Position numbers and translations under genes: made by a program. The notes below the pieces were generated by a model that worked only from the letters and a program-made list of their open reading frames with translations, was not told the DNA's origin and made no database searches. This document shows positions 27,459-36,837 of a stretch of 64,000 nt of DNA, one piece after another (the stretch's first letter is position 1; every line of letters starts with the position of its first letter). Source of the DNA: a virus; the IMG/VR virus record IMGVR_UViG_3300033149_006612, positions 1 to 64,000 of that record; one strand, 5' to 3'.

Positions 27459-28472
27459 ATGGTAAAAAAGGTTACCGATTCGAAGACCGTCAAGGACATC
27501 ATGGCCCGGATTGAAAAGAAGTATGGCTCCGGGACGATCTCAACCGGGATGAACTGGAGCATCGATCGGATCTCTACCGGGATACTGGCCGTCGATCTCA
27601 TCACCGGTGGCGGTATCCCGGTTTCGAGGATTACCGAGGTCTTCGGAGATCCGTCAACCGGTAAAACCCTCCTCGCCCTACAGTGGCTCTCGGTGGTACA
27701 GAAGTCCCAAGGGACCGCCGTTTACATCGCTACCGAGGATGACCCGGACCCGGACTGGGCAGCCGGTACCGGTCTTGACGTTAAAGATCTGATATACATC
27801 CGTACGAAATTTCTGGAGGAGATCTACGACATCATCCAACTGATCTGCGAATCCCACCAGAAGGAAAACCCGGATCGATATCTCGGGATCGTCCTTGACA
27901 GCATAGCCAACGCCGAATCGAAGGAGATGATCGATACCGACGTGGCCGACATCGGGAGGACGATGAACCTGGCCCGTGCCAAGGTCAACGCGGACGGTAT
28001 GCGCCGGATAGCCAGAATCCTCCCAAAAACCAGAATAGCCGTCTGGATGGTCAACCACATGCAGAAATCGATCGATCCTTATGCGTCCATGTTCAACACC
28101 CCCGGTGGAACTATGGTTAAGTATAATGCGGCACTCCGGCTGGCCCTATATGGAATCAAACCGGAGGACGCCGGAATCAGGATGAGGGTCAAGGTTATAA
28201 AATCCAAGATCTGCCCACCCGGTGGAAAGGTTGAAATCATCCAGCTGAGATCGTCCAAGGTCAATTGGTACTCCGGCTTACTCCCACTGCTCGTCCGGTA
28301 TGGACACGTTAAGGCATTGGCCGGTGGTTGGTATGAGATGGATGGAAATAGGTTCCAGGCTGGTAAGGCCGACGATCATCTCGGCTTCGAACGCTTCCTC
28401 GGTGATCATCCGGAGATCCTACGGAAGATCTTAAACCTGAAATATATAGAGGGGAGGATGGATGATGACTAA
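27459..28472 (+). CDS. recA: RecA/UvsX-like recombinase
   Basis: ISTG.L..D...GGGIP..RI.E.FG..STGKT, DSIA, TPGG...K.NA..RL, K..KSK. Confidence 0.92.
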   Translation: MVKKVTDSKTVKDIMARIEKKYGSGTISTGMNWSIDRISTGILAVDLITGGGIPVSRITEVFGDPSTGKTLLALQWLSVVQKSQGTAVYIATEDDPDPDWAAGTGLDVKDLIYIRTKFLEEIYDIIQLICESHQKENPDRYLGIVLDSIANAESKEMIDTDVADIGRTMNLARAKVNADGMRRIARILPKTRIAVWMVNHMQKSIDPYASMFNTPGGTMVKYNAALRLALYGIKPEDAGIRMRVKVIKSKICPPGGKVEIIQLRSSKVNWYSGLLPLLVRYGHVKALAGGWYEMDGNRFQAGKADDHLGFERFLGDHPEILRKILNLKYIEGRMDDD

Positions 28473-28947
28473 AAGGAGTACCCGGAAGGGGGCGAACTTC
28501 GAACGGAGGATAGCAAAGATCCTCCGCAACGTGTGGGGAATACCCCTGGAGCGGACGCCGCAGTCCGGCGCATGGGGGAAGATGCGGACCAAAGGAGATC
28601 TGGTCGCCCCGCCGGAGATGGATTTTAGCCTACACGTCGAGTGTAAAAACCAGGAGGGGTGGAACCTCGATATGCTCTTCACCGACAGGGGGAAGATCCT
28701 CCAAGACTGGTGGAGGCAATGCACGACACAGGCCGAGGAGGAAAGACGGGAGCCGCTGTTGATCTTCAGTAGGAATCTACGCCCGGTTTACGTCCGCCTC
28801 CTCCCCTCAAGGCCGGACTGGACGGAGGCGATACTCAAGACCGGGGAGACGGTGATGGTGCTGCCGGACGGGTCCTACGTTATGACCCTGACGGCGTTCC
28901 TCAAGGCGTTCCCGGAAGCCCCGACGGATACTCGACACGACACCTAG
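28462..28947 (+). CDS. Holliday junction resolvase (PD-(D/E)xK)
   Basis: KGANFER, RTPQSGA, GDL, VECK and WWRQ motifs. Confidence 0.8.
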   Translation: MMTKRSTRKGANFERRIAKILRNVWGIPLERTPQSGAWGKMRTKGDLVAPPEMDFSLHVECKNQEGWNLDMLFTDRGKILQDWWRQCTTQAEEERREPLLIFSRNLRPVYVRLLPSRPDWTEAILKTGETVMVLPDGSYVMTLTAFLKAFPEAPTDTRHDT

Positions 28948-28967
28948 GGTGTGTTATACTAAAGGAG

Positions 28968-29576
28968 ATGGAAACCGAGGAGATGGTCGGGCTGATAAGG
29001 GAGTATAGGGAGAGCGGCTCAAACGAGACCCTGGGTCGACTTTTACTCTACGTCGAAAATCTCTCCAAAAGCATAATCCGGAAGAAAAAGTGGTATAGGT
29101 ATGAGGAGGACATGGTACAGGACGTCATGGTCCATTTCATCGAGAAGGATGCCTTTAACTTCATACGCATCGACACGGAGGCCGAGAGGAAGACCGTACA
29201 GCAGGTCATATATAGGATAACTTTCAACCGGATGGTCTCCTACCTCCGGTTGATGCGGCCGCACCAACATCTGAACATTTCCGACATCTCCTCCGGTCCA
29301 AACCGATTTTACTCCCGCACCGACGACAACATCCGCCTAATAGAGCACAGCTTTCTCGACTATCACAAGCTAGACCGGGAGGAGATGGCAATCGTTAAGT
29401 TCTGCTTCGACTGGCTGGACGATCACCACTCCTATATAGGGATGAAGACCGCCCTGGCCGAGTATCTGGGGGTCTCCAAGACCAAGGCCAGGCAGATCCT
29501 CTACGGCATATTCAGCAAGATGATCCCGGACCCGAATGAAAGTAGACTGAAACGGCGGAATCCGTTTTCAAGATGA
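28968..29576 (+). CDS. Sigma-factor-like transcription protein
   Basis: Region-2-like EDMVQD...F; C-terminal HTH LAEYLGVSKTKARQI; TGTGTTATACT and AAGGAG upstream. Confidence 0.55.
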   Translation: METEEMVGLIREYRESGSNETLGRLLLYVENLSKSIIRKKKWYRYEEDMVQDVMVHFIEKDAFNFIRIDTEAERKTVQQVIYRITFNRMVSYLRLMRPHQHLNISDISSGPNRFYSRTDDNIRLIEHSFLDYHKLDREEMAIVKFCFDWLDDHHSYIGMKTALAEYLGVSKTKARQILYGIFSKMIPDPNESRLKRRNPFSR

Positions 29577-30343
29577 AAGCTATGGGGAAGGACGTGCCGT
29601 CACCGATGAGGATTGTGAGGAAGATCACATGGACGCCGGGTGGGACTACATATGATAGTTGCCCGGAGTGTGGTGGTAGATGGGCCTCATCCTGTGGATG
29701 CCCCATCTTGGAGAAGCAATGTGAAAACGGACACCGGTTTCACCTGTGCGTCATCCACGCCAAGATCGTCTCCGGCCAAGCCCCCAACCACGGTACGGCA
29801 TTTAGCTGTCAATGCAAACCTTTAACCGAAGAGGAGACTAAACAGATGGCAGAGAAACATGGCGTCGAGACTAAGAAACTATCGTTACAGGAACTCCGGA
29901 AGAAGGCTCGGAGAGCGGGGCTCCCCGTATCCGGCGGTAGGGAGACGGTGGAACGTAGATCGGTTGAACATGAACCGAGGAGGGAAACCTCGCTCCGAAA
30001 ACCCCCAACTCTTCCCAAACGGGTCACCAGGGATATGATGAGGCCTTACATACCGAAGCTGTCCAAGGCTCAACGGGAGGCGGTGTCTAAGTTCAGCGTG
30101 GTCCTAGATAAGCCCGCCAAGGCGCTTCGGAAATATGAGGTCAGCGATTATCTCGCCCTATACCTCCATCGGGACGTTCAGACCAGAAAACAGGTCGGTG
30201 CCATAGCCAAAAAGATCGGCCTGGATGCGGAAAAGATCGAGCGGTATCTTGCGCTTGAGGATGAAGGACTGGCCAGGATGAATTTTGCCAATACGCTTCG
30301 GAAGATCCTCACCGACAAGGCCGAGGATGAGGGTATTGATTAG
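29573..30343 (+). CDS. Hypothetical protein (Cys-rich N-terminus; possible internal start at 29845)
   Basis: GAGGAG upstream of MAEKHG; SAP-like ELRKKARRAGLPVSG segment. Confidence 0.5.
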   Translation: MKAMGKDVPSPMRIVRKITWTPGGTTYDSCPECGGRWASSCGCPILEKQCENGHRFHLCVIHAKIVSGQAPNHGTAFSCQCKPLTEEETKQMAEKHGVETKKLSLQELRKKARRAGLPVSGGRETVERRSVEHEPRRETSLRKPPTLPKRVTRDMMRPYIPKLSKAQREAVSKFSVVLDKPAKALRKYEVSDYLALYLHRDVQTRKQVGAIAKKIGLDAEKIERYLALEDEGLARMNFANTLRKILTDKAEDEGID

Positions 30344-32926
30344 ATGAAGTACTGTAAATCATGCCCCAGGGCGGATGACCCCCTGGTCAATCCGGTACCT
30401 GGATTCCATCTACAACCGTCCAGCCGGGAGACTGCCAGAGTTATGATAATTCTGGAGTCTCCCACCCATATCCAAGTCGAACACGGTGATCCCCTGATGG
30501 ACCGGGACTCGATCGATGACCCGGAAGCCGTCGAGGATATAGGTGCCATAATAGTTCAGCTGGAACGATGGAAGATCGACCCCTCCGAGGTTTTCATCAC
30601 CTACCTTCAACGCTGTAAACCGCCTAAGTTCTCAAAAATCCAGGCCACCGAGTGTTATAAAACCCACGTCATGCCCGAGATTGAAACGGTCCGACCGGAG
30701 ATCCTGATGCTGATCGGGAACAACGTCCTGTATACCATAACGGGTAGTAGAGGGATCCTGGCCAAACACGGTACTGTAATCAGGGTCGAAGGCTCCGACA
30801 CCGTCCTCCTGCCCTGTATAGCTCCGAGTTACGTCCGTGCCATGGACGGCAGGCGACGGGAGGATGCCCAGCGGATGTGGGTCCAGGCGTTCCAGAGGTT
30901 GGCCGGTCTCCTCTCCGGGAGCGACGACGATGTAAATCAGAACTATCATATAGTCACGGGTCGCGACCGATCCCAATTGAAAGAACTGGAACGATACCTA
31001 CTCGATCATGACTTCCATATGTTCGACCTGGAAACCTGGCCGTTGAAGCCTTGGGCTGAAGGGGCTCAGATACTGACCGCCGCCTGGTCCGCCTTTGAAG
31101 GTGAAGGTTGGGCAGTGGCATATGATCATCCCGAGGCCACCTGGACCTCCAAGGACAGGCGGTGGCTTAAGGACATGATCAAGGCATGGGCATCGGACAG
31201 GGATAAATTAAAAGGCGCAGCCAACGCCAAGTTTGAAATCATCTGGGTTCGGGAGATCCTCGGGGTAGAGCTGGAATCGGTCGTCGTTGACCCGATCGTG
31301 CTGGACTATCTTGATGATGAGAATCGCGACCACGACGTCGGAGCTATGGCCTGGAGGTATACCGATCTCGGCGGATACGACGCCTGCATGCGGGACTTTC
31401 GATATAGGGGTAAGGACGGCAGGGAGCAGCCCGACTACAGGAGAGCCCCGCTCGATCTGCTGGCCCGATATAACGTCACCGATACGGACGTCGAGATCCG
31501 ATCCATGAATGTCTTGATAGACAGGCTGGATGCCACATTAAAGAGAGTTCACGATGAGATACTGATCCCGGTTGCCTACACCCTGGCTACGGTAGAGAAG
31601 AACGGCTGGACCGTGGACATAGATCAGGCAATCAAGATATATGAGAAGTATGATCAGAAGTTGAAGGATCTACATGAGGAGCTCCGGGAAGACCCGGTCT
31701 TCCGACAGTTCGAGGAGGACCAGGGTAAACCGTTCAACTTTGACTCCTTCCCGCAAAAGGTGAAGCTCTTTTTCGGATGGGACCCGAAGAAACACAGGAA
31801 ATTCGATGACGCACAGAACCGGTATTTCGATTTCCCGATCGACTTTAACTTCATGACTAAAGCCCGGCATCCGTCCACCGATAAGAACTGGCGTGCCGCC
31901 AACAAACACCACCAATTCGTGTCCGTCTATGATAGGTACATGAAGGCCTGGGGGCTGATGAAAGGATTCCTTAAGCCTCTGCCGGACTACATCGACAACA
32001 AGGACCGGCGGATCCACACCGACTACAACGCCGCGAAGGTGGTCTCCGGGAGACTGTCCTCCACCAACCCCAACACGCAGAACTTCCCCGATGATAAGGA
32101 ATTCTGGAGCATATTTATCTCTCGGTGGGGAAAACGAGGTGGAAGGTTCGTTAAAGCCGACTATTCCCAGGTGGAACTCCGCGTATTGGCCTGGCTGTCC
32201 AACGATCAGCCGATGATCCAGACGTTCAAAAACGGGATAGACATCCACATCCAAACCACGAAGGAATTCTTGGTTATCTCCGACGAACAGTGGAACGCCT
32301 GGGACGATAAAACCCGGCACTATAAGCGGCAATGGGGGAAGAGGATGAACTTTGCCGTGGCCAATGACCGTGGCGCACATCACCTGGCCCTGGATCTCAC
32401 CTCCCTTCAGAGGGAGGTATCCGGAGATTGGAGCCTGGTCGTTACGGATGAGGAGGCCCAGGAATATATCGATCGCTGGTATGCCCCCCATGAAGCCATC
32501 CTCGCCTGGAAGGAGGCCGAAATCGCTAAAGCCAGGGAGGTCGGCTACGTTGAATCCCCTCAAGGTTACCGGCGACGGGCACCGGACGTCAATAACAGGT
32601 ATGACAGCCATAAACGACTGGCTGCCGAACGCACCCTGATCTCGTTCCTCATGCAGAGCACGGCCGGGGTGATTACGCTGATCGCCAAAACCCGAATCCA
32701 AGAGCTGATCACGGAAGGAAACTTTAAATCCAAGATCTGTGGGAGTGTGTACGACAGCATCATCCTCGATATAAGGATGGACGAACTGGACGTCCTGTGC
32801 AGTCAAATCCCCGACCTGATGCGCCAGGTCGGTGTTGACTACGGCTGCCCGGTTCCGCTGGCCGTGGATCTGGAGATAGGCGAAGACGGGGGGAGCCTGG
32901 TGGCATATGATGAGGTCCCGTTTTAA
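30344..32926 (+). CDS. Family A DNA polymerase with N-terminal family-4 UDG-like domain and 3'-5' exonuclease
   Basis: CxxC...RCKPP...C (Fe-S ligands); exonuclease DLET, NAKFE, YN..D; SGRLSS..PN.QN, motif A DYSQVELR, motif B RQWGKRMNF, motif C VYDS. Confidence 0.93.
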   Translation: MKYCKSCPRADDPLVNPVPGFHLQPSSRETARVMIILESPTHIQVEHGDPLMDRDSIDDPEAVEDIGAIIVQLERWKIDPSEVFITYLQRCKPPKFSKIQATECYKTHVMPEIETVRPEILMLIGNNVLYTITGSRGILAKHGTVIRVEGSDTVLLPCIAPSYVRAMDGRRREDAQRMWVQAFQRLAGLLSGSDDDVNQNYHIVTGRDRSQLKELERYLLDHDFHMFDLETWPLKPWAEGAQILTAAWSAFEGEGWAVAYDHPEATWTSKDRRWLKDMIKAWASDRDKLKGAANAKFEIIWVREILGVELESVVVDPIVLDYLDDENRDHDVGAMAWRYTDLGGYDACMRDFRYRGKDGREQPDYRRAPLDLLARYNVTDTDVEIRSMNVLIDRLDATLKRVHDEILIPVAYTLATVEKNGWTVDIDQAIKIYEKYDQKLKDLHEELREDPVFRQFEEDQGKPFNFDSFPQKVKLFFGWDPKKHRKFDDAQNRYFDFPIDFNFMTKARHPSTDKNWRAANKHHQFVSVYDRYMKAWGLMKGFLKPLPDYIDNKDRRIHTDYNAAKVVSGRLSSTNPNTQNFPDDKEFWSIFISRWGKRGGRFVKADYSQVELRVLAWLSNDQPMIQTFKNGIDIHIQTTKEFLVISDEQWNAWDDKTRHYKRQWGKRMNFAVANDRGAHHLALDLTSLQREVSGDWSLVVTDEEAQEYIDRWYAPHEAILAWKEAEIAKAREVGYVESPQGYRRRAPDVNNRYDSHKRLAAERTLISFLMQSTAGVITLIAKTRIQELITEGNFKSKICGSVYDSIILDIRMDELDVLCSQIPDLMRQVGVDYGCPVPLAVDLEIGEDGGSLVAYDEVPF

Positions 32927-32928
32927 CC

Positions 32929-33255
32929 GTGGAGGAGACGCTAAATTTATATACCCTCCCGTACACGGGAGGGCATCTTCCGAGGCAAAAGGAGCTATAC
33001 GAGATGACATCAGAGAACAAAGATGAGGTACGGAGACAGTCTACACTACCCGATCGGGCGTGGTTTTCCTTCGGTCTAACCGCCAAGATGGGTGATCCGG
33101 GCGATCCCGACACCCGGAACTACTGCAGGATAGATGCCGGGTACGCCAGGGATCTGAAGCCCGGGGAGACGTTCCAAAAGGCGGTGGACGACATCAGTCG
33201 CGACGTGGTGGCCGAGATCTTGTCCTCATTGGACGGTCTGGGGGTCAAACTATGA
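32929..33255 (+). CDS. Hypothetical protein (start probably 33004)
   Basis: AAGGAG upstream of MTSENK. Confidence 0.55.
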   Translation: MEETLNLYTLPYTGGHLPRQKELYEMTSENKDEVRRQSTLPDRAWFSFGLTAKMGDPGDPDTRNYCRIDAGYARDLKPGETFQKAVDDISRDVVAEILSSLDGLGVKL

Positions 33256-33701
33256 ACATCATGAAGATTGAAATCTCCCTCGACGGCGATACGGTTGAGC
33301 GGGACCTGAATCGGGAGATGGACATCATACCGGAGAACCTGGACGACGAGATGCGGGCATTCCCCGGTTTACTGTGTTGGTGGAGTCTCCTGGCCGCCCG
33401 GGCCAAGGCCGAGCGGGAGACGATCGAAAAGGAGATCAAGGCCCTGGAGGCCGATCTTGATCTGGAACTCAGGAATCCACGCCACGTCAAGATGCTCCAG
33501 GATGAAGGTTACCGGGTTACCGAGAGTATGATTGCCAGCAGGATTCGATCCTCCGAATCGTGGCGAGCTTTAAATAAGAGATGGTCCGATGCCCGATCGA
33601 GGGAATTAAAGCTTGACGGGGTAGTAAGGTCTCTGGAGGCCAAACACACCCTGATCATCCAGATGAACGCCGACAGACGGCAGGAACGGAGGATCGGTTA
33701 A
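33252..33701 (+). CDS. UvsY-like helical recombination mediator
   Basis: All-helical 149 aa with a TE..I.S.I motif; lies between polymerase and SSB. Confidence 0.5.
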   Translation: MNIMKIEISLDGDTVERDLNREMDIIPENLDDEMRAFPGLLCWWSLLAARAKAERETIEKEIKALEADLDLELRNPRHVKMLQDEGYRVTESMIASRIRSSESWRALNKRWSDARSRELKLDGVVRSLEAKHTLIIQMNADRRQERRIG

Positions 33702-33807
33702 CAGGGATGGAGGAAAAACCTGAACTCAGTACCGAGATCGATACAGCGGTTAAGAGTTAAGACGGCACCGGCATCCGCGACGGGTAGGAGTCCGGGACGG
33801 TTACGGC

Positions 33808-33840
33808 GAAAGCCGGTCACCCCCCCGGGATCCGTCGATG
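33808..33840 (+). promoter_or_regulatory. Phage-specific promoter-like motif, copy 3 (upstream of SSB)
   Basis: GAAAGCCGGTCACCCCCCCGGGATCCGTCGATG. Confidence 0.6.
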
Positions 33841-33929
33841 GAGGCAGACCCGGCGTATGCCCATAATGCGGTGCGGCCGCCGCTGCCGACGTTTAAACGT
33901 TAACAGACAAACGGAAAAGGAGAAGGAAA

Positions 33930-35132
33930 ATGGTAGATATGGCCGCCATCCGTCGTCGCTACGACGAGATGCAGAGGAAACAACGCGCGTCTTCAATCTG
34001 GAGACCGGCAGAAGGTGAGAATCTGATAAGGATCATCCCGTGGACCCATAAAGGGGTAGAATTCTTCTACCTTCAGTCGGCTCAGCATTTCTACGTCCGG
34101 CCGGATAAGGTGCCGGTCGAATGCCGGACGGGTCTTCTCGGTGAAGACTGCCCGATCTGCACCAGGCTGGAAATGGACCTTGAAGATCCGGAGACGGGGG
34201 AATCCGAACTCACCCGCATCAAGCGGATGCTGGCACGCGACGTCTATTACTTCAACATCTTCGACTGGCTCGCCTGGGAGGAATGGCAAAAACTCAGCAG
34301 GAGTGAAAGGAGCAACGAAACCAAACCCGGATGTGAAATCTTCCCATGCCCCCCCGGCCTGGCCAGGGACATCTTCCAGAAAATCCAGAATGAGAGGCTG
34401 TACCCGAATTTCTTCGATCTAGAAGACGGCTGTGATCTGTACATCCAGAACAGCGGTGAAGGATTCAACCGCTACACCCTGGACATCCCACCGCAGCGAA
34501 CCGCGGTTCCCAAACACGTCCTCGGGGAGGCGAAAAACCTGTTCACCTATGTTAAAGCTCCGTCTGAAGCCTGGGTGGAGGAATTGATCACCAGGAACAT
34601 CCGGGACATCAAGGATCTGAAGGAGGAATACCGCGGCGTTAACCGGATCGAGGTTCTGGGTGACATCGATGAAAGACCCGAAAACTGGCTCCTCTATTAC
34701 TCCCCCGAAGAATCCACAAAATCCGCTGAGGGAAAGGCCGTCAATAAGGGGAGGAAAAAGAAAAAGGACAAAGGGAAGAGTGGCCTGGCCGCGCTCCGCT
34801 CAAAGATGGAGGGGAAGGAAGAAGGCGGAGGGAAAAAGCCTAAAAAGGAGGGATTTAAACGATCACCGATGACCGAGGATGATGAAGACGTCCCCCGTTG
34901 CTGTGGGACCGATGAGACACCCGGTCACTGGGAGGAGGGATGTTCAGACTGCATCGCCTGTGTGGCCGAGGATGTCTGCCGCCATTTCACCGAGGGTCAC
35001 AGGACCGTTACCAGGATCGCGAATGAGACGGAAACGAAGGCTGAGGAGGACAGCCCCCACCTCCGTGGCGTACAGGAACCCACACCTGAGGAGAGTCCCC
35101 TAGACAGGCTTCGTAGGTTTAAACGGAAATGA
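33930..35132 (+). CDS. Single-stranded DNA-binding protein (T4 gp32-like)
   Basis: GENLIRIIP, H...C......CPIC, YYFNI, DLEDG.D motifs; charged tail with a Cys cluster. Confidence 0.75.
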   Translation: MVDMAAIRRRYDEMQRKQRASSIWRPAEGENLIRIIPWTHKGVEFFYLQSAQHFYVRPDKVPVECRTGLLGEDCPICTRLEMDLEDPETGESELTRIKRMLARDVYYFNIFDWLAWEEWQKLSRSERSNETKPGCEIFPCPPGLARDIFQKIQNERLYPNFFDLEDGCDLYIQNSGEGFNRYTLDIPPQRTAVPKHVLGEAKNLFTYVKAPSEAWVEELITRNIRDIKDLKEEYRGVNRIEVLGDIDERPENWLLYYSPEESTKSAEGKAVNKGRKKKKDKGKSGLAALRSKMEGKEEGGGKKPKKEGFKRSPMTEDDEDVPRCCGTDETPGHWEEGCSDCIACVAEDVCRHFTEGHRTVTRIANETETKAEEDSPHLRGVQEPTPEESPLDRLRRFKRK

Positions 35133-35183
35133 GCGACAGCACCGGCAACGGAAGGTTAAAACAAATCGTCAAGGAGATTAAAA

Positions 35184-36299
35184 GTGAAGCGAGGAAAACT
35201 CAACGTGCTGATTGACGGACAGTGGGGCAGCACCGGAAAGGGGAAAATTGCTGCCTATCTCGCCAACAAGTTCCGGATCGACCTGGCCATTTCGAACAAC
35301 ATGAGCAACGCCGGTCACACCTTCTACGTGGACGGCCGGAAGTATGTGGCCTTCCACGTCCCGGCTGCGGTAGCCCGGCCGGACTGTGAAGTCCTGCTGG
35401 GTCCGACCACGGCCATCACGCTGGACCTGTTCGAGAAGGAATTGGACTGTATGGAACGGTTAAACGTTCGAAAGCGGATGAGCATCCATCCCCATGCAAC
35501 AATCATCACCGAACGGCATCGGGAGATCGAGGCCGGGTCCGTTGAACGGATTTCGTCCACCGTCAAAGGCTGTGGAGCCGCCCTAGCCGAGAAGGTGTCC
35601 CGGAGTAAAAACGTCCGACTGGCCGGTGAAGTTAAGGAACTAAGGCCCTATATCGCCGATACGGTCGAGATACTGCATACCGCCTTGGAGAATGGAGCCA
35701 TCTGTTTAGCGGAGGTAGCGCAGGGATTCGATCTATCGTTAAACCACGGCATGCAGTATCCGTTCGTCACCAGCCGGGACGTCACGGTCTGTTCCTGCCT
35801 CAATGATTGTGGTGTCCCGCCCGCTGCGTTAGGTGACGTTTACGCCTCCCTCCGCTGCCATCCCATCCGGGTAGGGAATGTGGTCAGGGAGGGGAAGACG
35901 GTAGGTTGGTCCGGTCCTCATTACCCCGATCAGGAGGAATTGAGCTGGGACACCGTCACCAGGCAGTCCGGGAGTGAGAAACCGTTGATCGAGAGAACCA
36001 CCGTTACCGATAAGGTTCGCCGGGTCTTCAGCTGGTCCGACATCCAGTACAACAAATTCGTCAAGATGTGCGATCCGGATTTTGTATTCCTGAACTTCAT
36101 CAACTACCTTGACGCCGATTTGTACGGTGTCAGTTCAGATGATGAATCCGGAATGCAGAGAGTCCTGGACTCCGAAAAGGTCGTCGAATGGCTCGACCGC
36201 CATTCCAAAGGTAACCCTAACTGGGTACCGGTCGCATACGTCGGGACCGGGCCGGATGAACGTCACATGGTCGATATGGGAATCGACGACATCCGCTGA
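35184..36299 (+). CDS. purZ: PurZ, N6-succino-2-amino-2'-deoxyadenylate synthase (PurA paralogue)
   Basis: GQWGSTGKG (Ser in place of the PurA catalytic Asp13), NAGHT, QGFDLS...YPFVTSRD, PIRVGN, TTVTDKVRR, LNFINY (in place of PurA TKLD), GTGP. Confidence 0.85.
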   Translation: MKRGKLNVLIDGQWGSTGKGKIAAYLANKFRIDLAISNNMSNAGHTFYVDGRKYVAFHVPAAVARPDCEVLLGPTTAITLDLFEKELDCMERLNVRKRMSIHPHATIITERHREIEAGSVERISSTVKGCGAALAEKVSRSKNVRLAGEVKELRPYIADTVEILHTALENGAICLAEVAQGFDLSLNHGMQYPFVTSRDVTVCSCLNDCGVPPAALGDVYASLRCHPIRVGNVVREGKTVGWSGPHYPDQEELSWDTVTRQSGSEKPLIERTTVTDKVRRVFSWSDIQYNKFVKMCDPDFVFLNFINYLDADLYGVSSDDESGMQRVLDSEKVVEWLDRHSKGNPNWVPVAYVGTGPDERHMVDMGIDDIR

Positions 36300-36351
36300 A
36301 ACCCGGCCTTCCCGTGGGAATCCGCCTATCATATAGGATCGGTATATTGCT

Positions 36352-36837
36352 ATGAGAAAAGATGAGGATAGCCGCCCCCGTCGTCATAGATACGACCCCG
36401 ACGGGGAAGAACCGAACGACGAGGCCCCTCCGCCGGTAAACCGAGACGGATACATCGAGTTCAAGACCGGGGCGACCCGCCAATGCATTAAGCCCCGGTT
36501 TGATCTAATCCCGCGAGACTGCCTCGTCAGACTTGCCACCGTCTACCTCGAAGGTATGAGGAAATATGGGGTCGATAACTGGAAAAAAGGCATGCCCTGG
36601 TCGGATACCCTTAACCACGCCATCGACCACCTGCTGGCCTGGAAGGAGGGCAGACGGGATGAAGATCATCTCGGCCACGCCGCCTGGGGAATTTTTACCC
36701 TGATGTTCTTTGAGATGAACGATTATAGGGAGGACTGCGATCTGCCCTTACTGACCGAAACATTAGGAGTGAAACCGGATGAACAAACTGCAGGTAAAGC
36801 GCCTGAAGGGACATCCTCACAGGCACCCGGAACTTAA
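36352..36837 (+). CDS. dATP/dGTP diphosphohydrolase N-terminal-domain protein (formerly DUF5664)
   Basis: F.TGA.R...KPRFDLIP...G..KYG..NW.KG......A..H...W..G..DEDHL.HAAW. Confidence 0.85.
   Translation: MRKDEDSRPRRHRYDPDGEEPNDEAPPPVNRDGYIEFKTGATRQCIKPRFDLIPRDCLVRLATVYLEGMRKYGVDNWKKGMPWSDTLNHAIDHLLAWKEGRRDEDHLGHAAWGIFTLMFFEMNDYREDCDLPLLTETLGVKPDEQTAGKAPEGTSSQAPGT

Noticed and set aside
31670-33010. 446-aa antisense ORF over the DNA polymerase
   Set aside because: No motifs or RBS; a typical shadow frame of GC-rich coding DNA. The same applies to most other antisense ORFs in the track (e.g. 23937-24593, 43972-44583, 56629-57312, 58638-59291).
35184-36299. Ordinary adenylosuccinate synthetase (purA)
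   Set aside because: It lacks the catalytic Asp of GDEGKG and the TKLD motif, and its neighbours fit the Z pathway.
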